Shown: in pieces, positions 1 through 11,839 of the stretch
Layout: each line of letters begins with the position of its first letter
Position numbering within the stretch: position 1 is the first letter of the stretch
NCBI RefSeq assembly: GCF_001194135.2
Contig: NC_068991.1
Coordinates: 37,088,468 to 37,152,467, forward strand
Length of the DNA: 64,000 nucleotides
Reading direction: 5' to 3'
Source: Octopus bimaculoides
Taxonomy: Eukaryota
Notes under the pieces: model-generated
Databases searched by the model: none
What the model saw: only the letters and a program-made list of their open reading frames with translations
Told to the model about the DNA's origin: nothing
Made by a program: the position numbers and the translations under genes

Positions 1-270
1 CCATGCAGGCATGGGCTGGTTGGCATGACAGGAACTGGCATGGGTTGGATGGCATGACAGGAACTGGCATGACTAGGGCCACAACAGATTCCATAGTCTG
101 TTTTGACTTGATTTCTACAGCTGGATGCCCTTCTTAACACCAACTACTTTACAAAGTGTACTAGGTGCTTTTTACATGGCATCAGCATCAGTGCTTTTTA
201 TGTGGCACCAGCACCAGTGCTTTTTTATATTGCACTAGGACCCACACCAATGCTTTTTATGTGGCACTTT
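1..270 (-). mobile_element. RTE-LINE-type 3' tail fragment
   Basis: Contains tttctacagctggatgcccttc..aac..cc, the motif also found in the 3' UTR of the RTE copy at 49023-50110. Confidence 0.6.
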
Positions 271-737
271 GGTTTTAGGATATCAAATCAGTCGTGGTGA
301 GTGGGTTGACAAAAGATGATAGGTACACATAAATGAAACAACAATACACAGAGAAGACTGTTCACTATACACTGTAAAGAAACAACTATATACAATATTA
401 GAATGTAAGATATTGTCTTCAAATCATGAAAGATTCTAAAAGCTGCTGCATACTTTCAGTTTCATGGTTACAAGCCAGAGAGATTGAAGAGTGTGTTGAT
501 TTATCTTAGGTGATATTCCCAGATGATCTGGTAAATAAACTGTACCTTACAGCTTAATATAGTAAATTAGAATGAAGTATACTGACTAAAACTACGCAGC
601 AAAACACTGAGAGTGGATTTCAACCCAAGACATTTAAGCTAGTAGTTCAAAACAAATCCACTCAACCATTTCATTTTTCCATAAAAAAACTACAGAACAC
701 AAACTATAAAAACAACATATGTTGAAACTTTACTTAC

Positions 738-891
738 CAGCTTCAGTATATTTCAAACCTGAATTACTTTGTGAAGAATTAGAAACCAAAACGGAAGGCC
801 ACAAGGAAGATTCGATTTTACCAGGAGCTGCATCAGTTGGTTGCGTAAGGCATGATGCTTCAGTATGAGTCCAGTAGTACATGCAGTCAGG
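738..891 (-). CDS. capu/FMN: Formin coding exon PDCMYYWTHTEASCLTQPTDAAPGKIESSLWPSVLVSNSSQSNSGLKYTEA; gene continues beyond the window start
   Basis: Acceptor tcttttcag|CCT and donor GCTG|GTAAGT. 154 nt, open in phase 0. PG...LWP...GLKYTEA resembles the vertebrate formin-1 segment PGRLQAVWPP...GLKYTEAEY (from memory, not a search). Confidence 0.8.
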
Positions 892-1597
892 CTGAAAAGA
901 AACATTTTAATAATATTAACATAACATTTAATAATATTAATCCTATAGCTCTTAAACTGGCCATATCCAGGCCCAAAAAATCTATCTGTTTTATGTTCAA
1001 GCTGGTCAGATCCGGCTTCTCACACCCACCCTACAATATCACAATATTGTTCTGAAAATAAACAACCACATCACTGAAATCTCAAAGCTACAAGATAATG
1101 TATGATCACTTCAAAACAATATGAATGACTAGACATTACATTTGACAGAATAATCTGAATGCTAAGGGTTAAACTCCACCTCTTTAAATGTTACCACATA
1201 CATAAACAAAAACTTGAGCTCAAATATACATGTGTATGTATGTGTGTGTGTGTACATGCATACGTGCATGTGTGCAGTCATATCTATTTGACCATCTAGC
1301 TAAGTATCATATGATCTATATATATATAAATATATAAGATTAAGATTAATGTAATATAAAGCTGAAGCAAATTAACACCAAATATACAGTGCGTGTGTTT
1401 TTATTGGCTAAACTGGCAATGTGACCATCCCCAAGTACAACATCTGTTTCAACATACAATTTCACATCAAAAATCTTGCAAAACAAATATATATATATAT
1501 ACATATTTACCAATTAATCTACCTTTTCAAATCATGTCCTCTCTCTCTACTTTCACTCATTCATATACTTAGTTGACTCACTCTGCAGGTGAATATA

Positions 1598-2521
1598 CAG
1601 GGTGTTTCAAAAGACTATGTCACATTCTAAGAACTCTTATATCATGAACTACAAATGATAGCATAATTGAACTGGTACCATTTTAAAGTTAAAAGTGTCA
1701 AGTTTTCTTCTGTTCATTTAATTTTAATTTAATTAATTAAATCTAATTTAATTTGTTATTTTTGCTTCTTTTCAGATCCAGTAATGTCATTCACAAAACA
1801 AGAGGTCATTTTGTGTCCTAAAATACGCTAAAACTGAATCATGGACACGTGTTCAATGCAAATTTAATACAATGTTTACCAAGCAGACACCAGACAGATG
1901 CTTTGTTTTGAATTGGCGTACAAAATTTAAGGAGGAGGGTGTTTGTGCCTGGCAAAGAGAACAGAGTGCCCCTCAGCTTCAGATGATATGGTTGAACAAA
2001 TTTGGCAAGCCTTCCAGTGCAAACCAAGTCAGAATAGCTAGTCAAGAATTTCAGCTCCCGTCAACAACTGTTTGGCACATCTTAAGGAGATAGCTGCAGT
2101 TCACACCATACAAGTTGCAATTGGTACAACAGTTGAAGGCCACTAATAAACCTATTCACCATGAATTTTGCACAGGGGACAAACACCCCTCCTCCTGAAA
2201 TTTTGCATGCCAATTCAAGATGGAACATCTGTCTGGTGCCAGTTTGGTAAATGATGTACAAAATTTGCATTGAACACATGTCCATGATTCAGTTTTAGCG
2301 TATTCTAGGACACAAAATTACTTCTCTTGTTTTGTGAATGACATTACTGGATCTGAAAAGAGATAAAAAACAAAAAATGAATTAAATTAAATTAAAATTA
2401 AATTAACAGAAGAAAACTTGACACTTTTAGCTTTTAAATGGTACCAGTTCAATTACACTTCCAGTTGTAGTTCATGATATATGAGTTCTTAGAATATATC
2501 ATAGACTTTTGAAACACCCTG
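1598..2521. mobile_element. Non-autonomous Tc1/mariner fold-back element made of two inverted left ends
   Basis: TA|cagggtgtttcaaaagactatg ... catagacttttgaaacaccctg|TA. Inverted arms of about 350 bp. The interior encodes a frameshifted transposase N-terminus (MSFTKQEV..LKYAKTESWTRVQCKF ... SVRIASQEFQLPSTTVWHILRR). Confidence 0.85.
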
Positions 2522-2619
2522 TAGATTAAAATAAAAAATGAATAAGCAAAACATTTAATTTACATATAAAATATAAACATAGTGCAGAGTAGTTTATAAG
2601 AAATATGTTAAACCTCTTA

Positions 2620-3227
2620 CAGCTGTTTCAATAATAGCTAAGTATTTGGATCATATATTATTGAGTAAAGAATTCCAAGAAAGCTAAGTAGTTTGGAGAG
2701 AGAGAGAGAGAGAGAATAGAAATGAAGAATATCCCCAATCAAGGATAATAGTAGTTACCAGTTCATCAAGAAATGAAGGAAAGACCAGGGTGAAAGACAG
2801 ATGTGTTTGGTAGTTCCATGATCAATAATAAAGTCATAGGTAAAATTTAACATTCATTTGCAGTTCCATAGGTGAAGATTTGAGGATACTCCATGGCAAA
2901 GGATAATGGTATTTACTATTTCCATTGTTGAATAGAAAGTGAATTAGGATTCAGTTGGAATCACTGTAGCATATTATTCCAACTCAATCCTAATTCACTT
3001 TATTAGTATTTCTTTGATTATGGAACTACCAAACACATATACATTTCATTTTGGTCTTTCCTTCATTTCTCAATGAACTGGTAACTACTAATATCTTTGA
3101 TTGGAGATATTCTTCATTTCTATATCTTCTTACTTCTCTTTCTTTCTGATGATGGAATACTTAGCTTACATGGAATTCTTTACACAATAACATGATCCAC
3201 ATGCTTAGCTATTCTATAACAAAGTTG
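2620..3227. repeat. Nested inverted repeat, probably derived from Penelope-like element 3' tails
   Basis: 2620-2835 is the reverse complement of about 3005-3227, with an inner hairpin at 2936-3001. gaaacagctgtaag and ctgatgatgg motifs resemble Penelope terminal repeats. Confidence 0.6.
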
Positions 3228-3309
3228 CTAAAATGGTGAAGCTATATTCTATCAAAGTAACATGTCAGATATGGTGCACATTTACTTGGCAAAGATCATC
3301 AGCCAATGC

Positions 3310-3700
3310 CCCTCAAGAATTCATACTAACACCAATTCCCTTCGATGTATGTCATACAGGACAGTGATTTGCTGAAGATTTCAAACTCCAGATGGTTATC
3401 AAAACATAAATGATTATACTCAATCACAATCCAACTTCCATATATGAATCCGAAAAACTGAAGACTGAAAACAAAACCAAGACAATCAAGTAAGTTCATG
3501 TAGTTTGATTTTGAAAAGAACTAACTTAAACTGCCATAATCTTGAGTGTCAAATGGCATCTGATAAATGTCAGAACTTAGGAGTTGTTGTTGACAAAAGA
3601 CTTGATGGAAAGGCTCAAATCAACACACTATTGATTAACTGTCTGAGATCAGTTGTTAATAAGATTAAAATATTCCAAGCTAACAACTTTAACTTTAGAG
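3310..3700 (+). pseudogene. Highly decayed LINE (CR1/L2-like) reverse transcriptase remnant
   Basis: FAEDFKL (FADD-like) and QNLGVVVDKRLDGKAQINTL (LGV.ID..L....HI-like) motifs, with stops and frameshifts. Confidence 0.45.
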
Positions 3701-4488
3701 AGGTCAGCTGTCAATTGAATATGAATGCTATTGCCCTTAGTTTATAAATAAAAGGTGCCTGGTTTGAATCCAGTCTGGTAGTGTGTACACATCCAGAAAT
3801 AAGATACCTGATGATAATCAGATATAAAACTGCTTTAAATGTAATGAAGGTGTTAATATAGAAAACTCTTCCAGCTTTAAAAGTGAAGAAAATTATAATC
3901 TGGTGTTACATGCAAAATAAACTCATGGCTAAGATGGGTTAACTACACGTTGTCTTCCAGCCATGACAGTATTTTAAATCTAAAGGTGTCACCCCTAAAA
4001 TTCACTACCTTTATCATATTCTATTTATGTTCACTCTACACAAAACAAGACGTAAAATTTAATCTAAAAACTCTGAAAGTTGATTAGAAAAAAAAATAAA
4101 CAGCCTAACAGTTGTGAATTAGTGGGATGCCACCTTCAGACACATAGATTTTATTCTTAACAAAGTCATTTCAAGAACTTCAACATTTTCACAAAGTAGA
4201 AAATTTACCATCAATATTATACAACATAACAGTGACTCAACTGGCAGAGTTGATTTAATAATGGACAATGAGGTAAGAGTTCCTATTATCACTAGTTCTG
4301 CATTGTATCCATGACAAAAAGTTAAATCTTATATAAATCAGTCCACTTAGTTGTCAACAGCTGTCACAAGAGTGGATCACAGCAGCACTGTAAAATTTAT
4401 AAATGTTCTGATATCTTGCTGTGCACAGTTCAGCTCCTCCAGTGGAGGTATAGTTTGGAAATGGATGTGCTCTGTCCTATTAACTTAC

Positions 4489-4590
4489 CCTTGGTATACC
4501 ACATGAAAAGAAATTCTCCAGTGATTCCCCTCTGAGGCAATATACCAATGTGGGATTCACTAGTACCATAGAAAATTGACTGAAGCAAAC
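4489..4590 (-). other. Candidate alternative 102-nt exon inside the large formin intron
   Basis: Acceptor ggttcttttcacttag|G and donor AGG|GTAAGT. Length is a multiple of 3 and it is open in two frames. No homology recognised. Confidence 0.35.
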
Positions 4591-4644
4591 CTAAGTGAAA
4601 AGAACCAAGATTATCACCAAAAGATTAAAAAAAAAAAAACTTAC

Positions 4645-4749
4645 TTTGACCTCCTGAGCTGTCCATGATAGGGTGGGAACTACCCTTATATTATGAGATA
4701 CAGATTCAGACATCTTCTTCTAAGTGATTCTTTGACACTAAGGGTTACC
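4645..4749 (-). other. Candidate alternative exon with ATGs, upstream of the 4489-4590 exon
   Basis: Donor AAA|GTAAGT at 4645/4644, followed by a 54-nt intron. The 5' boundary is uncertain (weak acceptor). Confidence 0.25.
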
Positions 4750-6094
4750 TGCTTCCACAACAAATAAATAACTATTACTGTCCTTGTATAAAACTATTAG
4801 TTGTTGTTGTTGTTTTTGTACTTGCTATTGATTGTGGTTTGCTGTATTTGTTTTCTCATAGAATAAAGACACATGAAATATTGATACGTGATAGTTTACA
4901 GATATGTAATAGTTCCTTTTATATTGATTAGAGAGTTAGACCATAGACATGTAAAGATATGAGAAGAGTAGGTTCAAAAATTATTGGGACCTCTCACAGG
5001 GTACATAGCAAACTGGACCAACCCTGACCAGCAAAGTAAATTAAATGTGAAACTAATGTGCTGTTAAGAATAGAGAAATGCAGTGCAGAGTATGACAGCA
5101 TGGGCTGGTTTTGAACTGGGCTCAGTACTTCTCTGCTTTAAGTGTTTGATAGTTTATCATCAAGACAGAGACTTATTCCAATATTTCCATTGTAGCAGCT
5201 TTGCTCAGTCAATGTGTAAGAATACATTCCATTCTAATAGCACTTTATGAAGACAGGGACATTGTTCATACATGTTGTTGTTTTCCTTTTAATATTTTAT
5301 TATTGAGTTGTGACTATTCTGCTATTGTTGTTGCTTTCTTGATATGTTGGACCAAGGTGGAGGAGTGCTGCTAGGTAACTTGATGTCAGTTGGAAACAAT
5401 GAAATCTACCACAGTAACTAAGACATTTTAACAATTCCAAAAATACTTCATCAGTGGTGATCTTGGTGTGTAACAAACAGATTCTGCAATATTGTTGGTG
5501 ACAGAATGAGTGGGAGACGAAAAAAGGGAAATATCTCCAGGAGTTTAAGAGAAAAACAAAAAAAAAGCAAGTCAAATATTCAACGTGGAGTCTCTTTTAG
5601 ATTAAAATAGATTTTTGATGGTTTTGTCATTTCCTGTCACATCACTCTTTTCTACCTCTCAATACCTCTCTCTCTCTCTCTCTCTTCCTCTCAGTAATTA
5701 AGTTATCACACCATTACTAACAAGAGTAATTAGAAATTCAGAAAAATAGAAAATAATTAGAAAAGAAAAAAATATATATATCTTTAAAAGTTAAATAAGG
5801 ATTTTTCTTTTAATTTAATTTTTTGTAGGGGACAGGACAAACCCCAAAATGGTACTTCCTGTTTATAAACTGAGGCCAGCAGACAATGGACAATTTTGAG
5901 TGGTTATATAGGCAGACATTTATTTTTCATAAATTGCAGTCGTTTTATCCATTCTGGTATTTTCAGTGGTGGGAGTCGATGTGACGTAAGAACAACCATA
6001 ACGACATAATTGAATAATAATAATTTCATTCCTTGTCCAGGTTTTTGTTGTTGTTGTTGTTACTAAAATATAAAAAAAACTCCCAACATCACTT

Positions 6095-6474
6095 GTAAAT
6101 CATTATAAAGTTTATGAACACCTATAAAGTAAAATATGCCATAGTATACAGAACTAAAGGTGTGTGTGTGTATGAGAAAGAAAGAGTGCAGCATTATGAA
6201 ATAACACTGATATATCTCAAGTCAAGCAGGGACCCTCTACATAACTCTTTAACCCACTAGAAATAGCAGCCAAATGTTTCTGAAATTACAGCCCATCATC
6301 TTAAATTAAGGACACATTTTATGATGTATTCTTTGATAAACTATATCTGAAATAGGACAGGATGGTCGAGGTTGATCTAGAGCTTAAGAATAAGACTCAG
6401 TAAATCATTATAAAGTTTATGATCACCTATAAAGTAAAACATAGTATGATACATAGAAGAAAAGATGTGTGTGT

Positions 6475-6516
<42 letters not shown>

Positions 6517-6792
6517 AAGCATGCTGTATAATGAGCTGAAGTGGAAGTGAGTTCATGTGTGTGTGCGTGAGAGAGAGGGGGGGAAAAGGGAGAGTCCAGC
6601 ATTATGAAATAACATTAGATGTATCACAAATTGAGCAGGGACCTGCTACATGGTTCCTTGACATAGAAGAAATAGCAGCCAAATATCTCTGGAATTACAT
6701 CCCATCATCTTGAAATAGGAAAGACACATTATGATGTAGTCTTAGATACACTATATCTAACAAGGCTGATCTGGGGCTTAAGAATAAGACTG
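6095..6792 (+). repeat. Diverged local tandem duplication (units 6095-6399 and 6400-6792)
   Basis: Both units start gtaaatcattataaagtttatga and end gcttaagaataagact. The second has an expanded (GT)n tract. Confidence 0.75.
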
Positions 6793-9205
6793 ATAGGTAT
6801 GCAATATTATAAAAGAGCATCGCATAGATCTGTATATGTATGTATTGTAGAACAGCAGATGCACCTATTAAGTTATAGGTGGTGGTGGTGGTGGAAGAGG
6901 CATTCTAGTGTAAGTGGGTTACTTAAAAACATTATCAGTAGTTAGCAAACATTATCGGGCATGACCTAAGCAACAAAGAAAATTAAACAAAAGCAACAGG
7001 AGGAAATCTATTCTGTCCCCATTTTCCATCTCTAAGTCATGGGACCAACAGTTGACAAACATTTCTTAAAAGTATATCACACAAAACACAGCAGCAAACT
7101 TATGTAAGTTTATAAACACAGCAAACAACAACAGCTAATGAAGGAGCCTCCGGATAGTTGCTCAGCTTGCTAGAAACGGGAGCCAAATCACCTTCATATC
7201 ATATCACGCCCTACAGTCTTAAAAATAAAAATTTTTTTTAAAAATGGAAAACATATTGCTGGATAACTTAGTTAATATACAATGTCTGGAAAAAAAAGAC
7301 AAGATGGTTATGGCTGGACTACTTTTGATCATAGATCTGCTAAATCAAAGCTGATCAGGGGTGAAAACCAATGACAACCCTACACTGGTTTATAACAATA
7401 CAAACTATGAATGGAGCCTCTCAAAACTTGACTTGAATCTACCTCAATGCAATAGTTATAACTCACTTGAACCCCTTATTATAACTTAAATGAGCTCCAC
7501 ACTTTGCAAGTTCTCAATTACATCTGAAACAGCAAGCCCACCTTTGCTTTTAAATAATTTCATTTATTACTCTAAATGGAAAATGGACAAGCAGACAAGG
7601 AAGCATCTATTTGGTTGCTAAATTTAATAGAAACAGCAGCCAAATATATTGTCTAAAGAAAAGGAAGAACACACTGGACAATAGATATAAAATAATTAGG
7701 ATGGCCATGGGTGGAAAGCCTCTGATCATAGGTCTGTGCTATCAAAGCCTAAGCAACAACATAAAGACTGGATGACCATGTTAAGAAACTTGTGATCAGA
7801 ACAATACAAAAGGCACATTAGACTGGGTTTGAACCAATGGCATATTTTCCATGTATTTGATCAGAAATGCCTTCCTGCTCCAGAAGAGGTGAATGTAGGC
7901 TACTCAACAACTGCAAGAACAACAACATTAAAATACTAACAGCTGTGACAGTACTAGAATACTGGAATCTAACCAGCACACATTCCAGACTAATAGCACA
8001 CTAATTAGAGAAAATAAGCAAAAAGTAAATAAATCGACAAAAAAACTACTAATGACTCAACAAATGATTGGAAAAACAAAATTAGAAGTGATTAGTAGAC
8101 CACAGCAACAAAAACTCCATTTGTTTTTACAGTATGGAATGAGGTGCACTGATGTTAATATAGCAGTTTAACCTTTACAGTTGGTCTTCTACATTTGTGT
8201 AGTTGGTACTAGTAGAATCCATCACCTCTGTAAAATACTGACCACAGTACAGCTTTCTGTGATAAATTGTTTTAGTCTGACCAGTGTTCTTCTAACCCTG
8301 ACCATCTCATTTTCTGCCCTATTATATCAAGATTCAGTTACCAAGTATTTTTCAACTATTTTGAAGAGAATTGGATGAAGTTTGAAGGAGATCTGGCAAC
8401 TATTTCTAGCAAGTCAAATGATCACACAAAAGCTTCCAGACTGCCCATTTCTGTTACATCCAGAAGTAGAAACTCCAGGTGAACAGTGGAGAGAGTACAA
8501 CATGCCTAGACTGCCACGTTGCGCCACACACTGCCCTATGGATCACAACCAGACAAAGCTATGGCATATTCAGAGTAATGGATCGCTCCTAGAGGGTCAG
8601 CTGATGAAGCCTGTTCAATCTATGTTGATATGGGACTACCAAAAAAAAAAAAAAAAAAAAAAATCAACAACTGTCCACATTGTAATTTTATGTGAAAGAT
8701 AATGGAGAGAAATAAGACGTAATGTTTACACTTTTCCTGGTCAAGTCAAAGTGAAATAAAATGGAATTACTGCCAATAGGAAACAAAAGTAAGTTCTAGA
8801 CATAAATGGACCAAGAACTGACCACTGATCACCCTAAAACTGTTTGCATCAAATGTGAAGTATATGATTCTGAGGAGAGTAAAGAGTTGAAAAAGGGGTA
8901 GGAGTTCTAATATTCATGCCTTTCTATTAAGTGAAATGAAAACTCAAGGAGTATGGTGGCCACTTGAAAGAGTATCGTATTCAACTCATCTACAGCTAAT
9001 TAGTACTCTCTGATATTCCCAGCAAAGCATCAAGAAATTGTGATAAGTGGATGATTAGAAAGAAAACACTGCTTCTTTCTTTTCTTTCTTTCTTTTTTTT
9101 TGTGAATGGAGAAATACTGAAGATTGACAGAGACCCTTCAATACACTGAGGTAAGTTTTAAATATTCAGTTAACAACTGAAATTACCTTATCTATTACCA
9201 TTGTC

Positions 9206-9575
9206 AAGGCAGTGAGCTAGCAGAATTGTTAGCATGCCAACCAAAAATACCTAGTGATATTTCATCTATCTTTACATTCTGAGTTCAAATTCTGCCGAGG
9301 TTGACTTTGCCTTTCATCCTTTCGGAGTTGATAAAATAAGTACCAGTTGAGCAGTGAGGTCAATGCAATCACCTTAGCCTCCACCCCTATATTTCAGGCC
9401 TTGTGCCTACAGTAGAAAGAAGTTTTATTTTTATTAATGAGTTCAAATTCCACCAAGGTTAACTTTGCTTTTCATCCTTTCAGGGTTCATAAAATATCAG
9501 TCAAGTACTGGGGGTCAATGTAATCAACTATCCCCTTCCTCCAAATTTCAGGCCTTGTGCCTATAGCAGAAAGGC

Positions 9576-9625
<50 letters not shown>

Positions 9626-10580
9626 TAGATAGCAAGCTGGTAGAATCATTACCACACTGGGCAAAATGTATAGTGTCATTTCATCTGACTTTACATTCTG
9701 AGTTCAAATTCCATCAAAATCCACTTTGCCTTTCATCCTTTCAGGGTCGATAAAATAAGTACCAGTTGAGCACTAGGGTCGATGCAATCAACTTACCCAC
9801 TCCCCCAACATTTTAAAACATGATTATTATTTTCACTATCATTAAAGCAGTAAGTTGGCAGAATCGTTAGCATGCCGGGCAAAATGCTTAGCAGCATTTC
9901 GTCTGTCTTCATATTCTGAGTTCAAATTCCACTGAGGTCAGTTTTGCCTTTCATCCATACAGAGTGAATGAAATAAGTACCAGTTATGCACTGGGATCAT
10001 TATAATCGACTATCCCCTTCCCCATAATTTCAGGCCTTGTGCATTTAGTAGAAATGGTTACTGTTATTATTATTAAAGCATCGAGCTGGAAGAATTGTTA
10101 TCACACCAGACAAAATTCTTAGTAGCATTACATCCATTTTTATTTTCTGAGTTCAAATTCTGCTGAGGTTGACTTTGCTTTCATCCTTTAGGGTTCAATA
10201 GATTAAATACCAGTGAAACACTGAGATCGATATAAACAGTTAGTCTCCTCCCTAAAAATTTGTGCCTTTAGTAGAAAGGATTATCATCATCATCATTATC
10301 AAGGATGTAAGTTGGCAGAGTTCTAAGTACATCTTAAAAAATGCTTTGCAGTATTTGTTCTGGCTCTTCACATTCTTAGTTCAAATCCCATTGAGGTCAA
10401 CCTTGCCTTTCATCCTTCTAGGGTTCATAAAATAAATACCAGTTAAGCACTGCGGTCAAAGTAATCAGCTTAACCCCCTCCCATAAAATTGTTGGTTTTG
10501 AGCCAAAACTTAAACCATTATTATTATTGTAATATAACCTATATATAACTGAGTGGCAGAAATGGTTATATGCCAGGCAT
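9206..10580 (+). mobile_element. Stack of about 7 same-orientation tRNA-derived SINEs
   Basis: Repeated units with A-box-like tggcagaatcgttagc, B-box-like gagttcaaattc and core ttgcctttcatcctttc.gggtcgataaaataagtaccag, separated by (TTA)n spacers. Confidence 0.85.
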
Positions 10581-10869
10581 GTAGTATTCAAATGTATCAA
10601 TAGTTTTCTTTACAGCTTAATTTTTTCCAACCTCTAATCACTCAAATATCGACTGAAGCCTAGAGCCTGGGTTTATTTGTTACATTTTCTCTTTTTTTTT
10701 TTTTATATCCAAGCGTAAGGAGTAGGCAGAGTTACATATGCTTGCACAGAGACATGTCCTCAAAATATTTAGCAGTAAGATTTAGATAAAACTAGAAACT
10801 AAGGCTATTGTGAGCTCTATATGATTTAATCGGCAGACTAAGTAGTAGTGCCATGAAAAATGCACTTGT

Positions 10870-11048
10870 GTCAGTGCCACTGAGATGCACCTATGCTGGT
10901 AGCATGTAAAATGCACCCAGAACACTCTGTAAAGTGGTTAGCATTAGGAAGGGCATCCAGCCATAGAAACCATGTCAAAACAGATAATCGGAGCCTGAAC
11001 AGCTCTCTGGCTGACCAGAGAGTAGATGTTAAACGAAGATGATGACGA
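10870..11048 (+). mobile_element. RTE-type 3' tail
   Basis: gcattaggaagggcatccagc ... gttaaacgaagatgatgac tail. Confidence 0.6.
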
Positions 11049-11839
11049 CAAAAGATCCTGCAGCCAAAACCGATGTGGATGCTCTAAGGCTAATAAAATT
11101 CATAAGGTTAATGTTTAATTTGAATATCTATTAAGGTGAAGTCTGTAGGAAAGAGATGAATAGGATTGATGTTTTGAAGATTAAAAATTGGGACTCACGA
11201 AAAGAAAGAAAGAAAAAATGTTTTAGAATATTTCCAGGTGATGCCATTAAGTTATACAAAACATTAGAATACTGCTGGTTGAAATTTATTTAAAGTTCTC
11301 AAAAGAGACATATATAGCAAGATGCAAAGATAACAGATGCAAATATGTTTACAGATCTTGAGCACTAAATATTAATTGTAAATGTTCCATGTCATTTTGT
11401 TGTGAACAGAAGCAAAGTCATATAGGTTCTTCTAGAAGTACTACCCGTAGTAGTGGTGGTGGTGGTGGTGGTGATAGTAAGATTTAACCCAGAAGAAGAG
11501 AATCATCTCTAACACACCAGTCAAAGGATAAGCATCATCACCTTATGAACAAAATTGTGTAAGAGTACTAGTGAGTTGGTCTTTTTTAATTTTAATTTTC
11601 AAAAGTTGCAGTAGAAGAGAGAGACAGAGAAGAGGCAAGGAAAGAGAGAGAGAGTGTGTGTGTGTAGGAAGAGTAAGTGAGACATGAGGAGAAAGAGACT
11701 ATCAAGTAAATACACTTATAAACTTGGCAAACATACTTGAAGTGAAGGAGAGTGAAAGAGAGAAAGACAGAGATTAGATAATAAAGCTGACAGCATTAGA
11801 AAACATTATATATATATCTATATATATATATATATATAT

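Noticed and set aside
738-891. Alternative frame LTACTTGLILKHHALRNQLMQLL... for this exon
   Set aside because: It stops before the donor and does not match the phase of the upstream exon; the other frame carries the FMN motif.
3740-3808. Extra minus-strand exon after ttatcatcag
   Set aside because: All frames close quickly, there is no good donor, and it abuts a decayed LINE.
9206-10580. tRNA genes
   Set aside because: The A/B-box motifs belong to SINE heads; no complete cloverleaf or anticodon arm could be supported.
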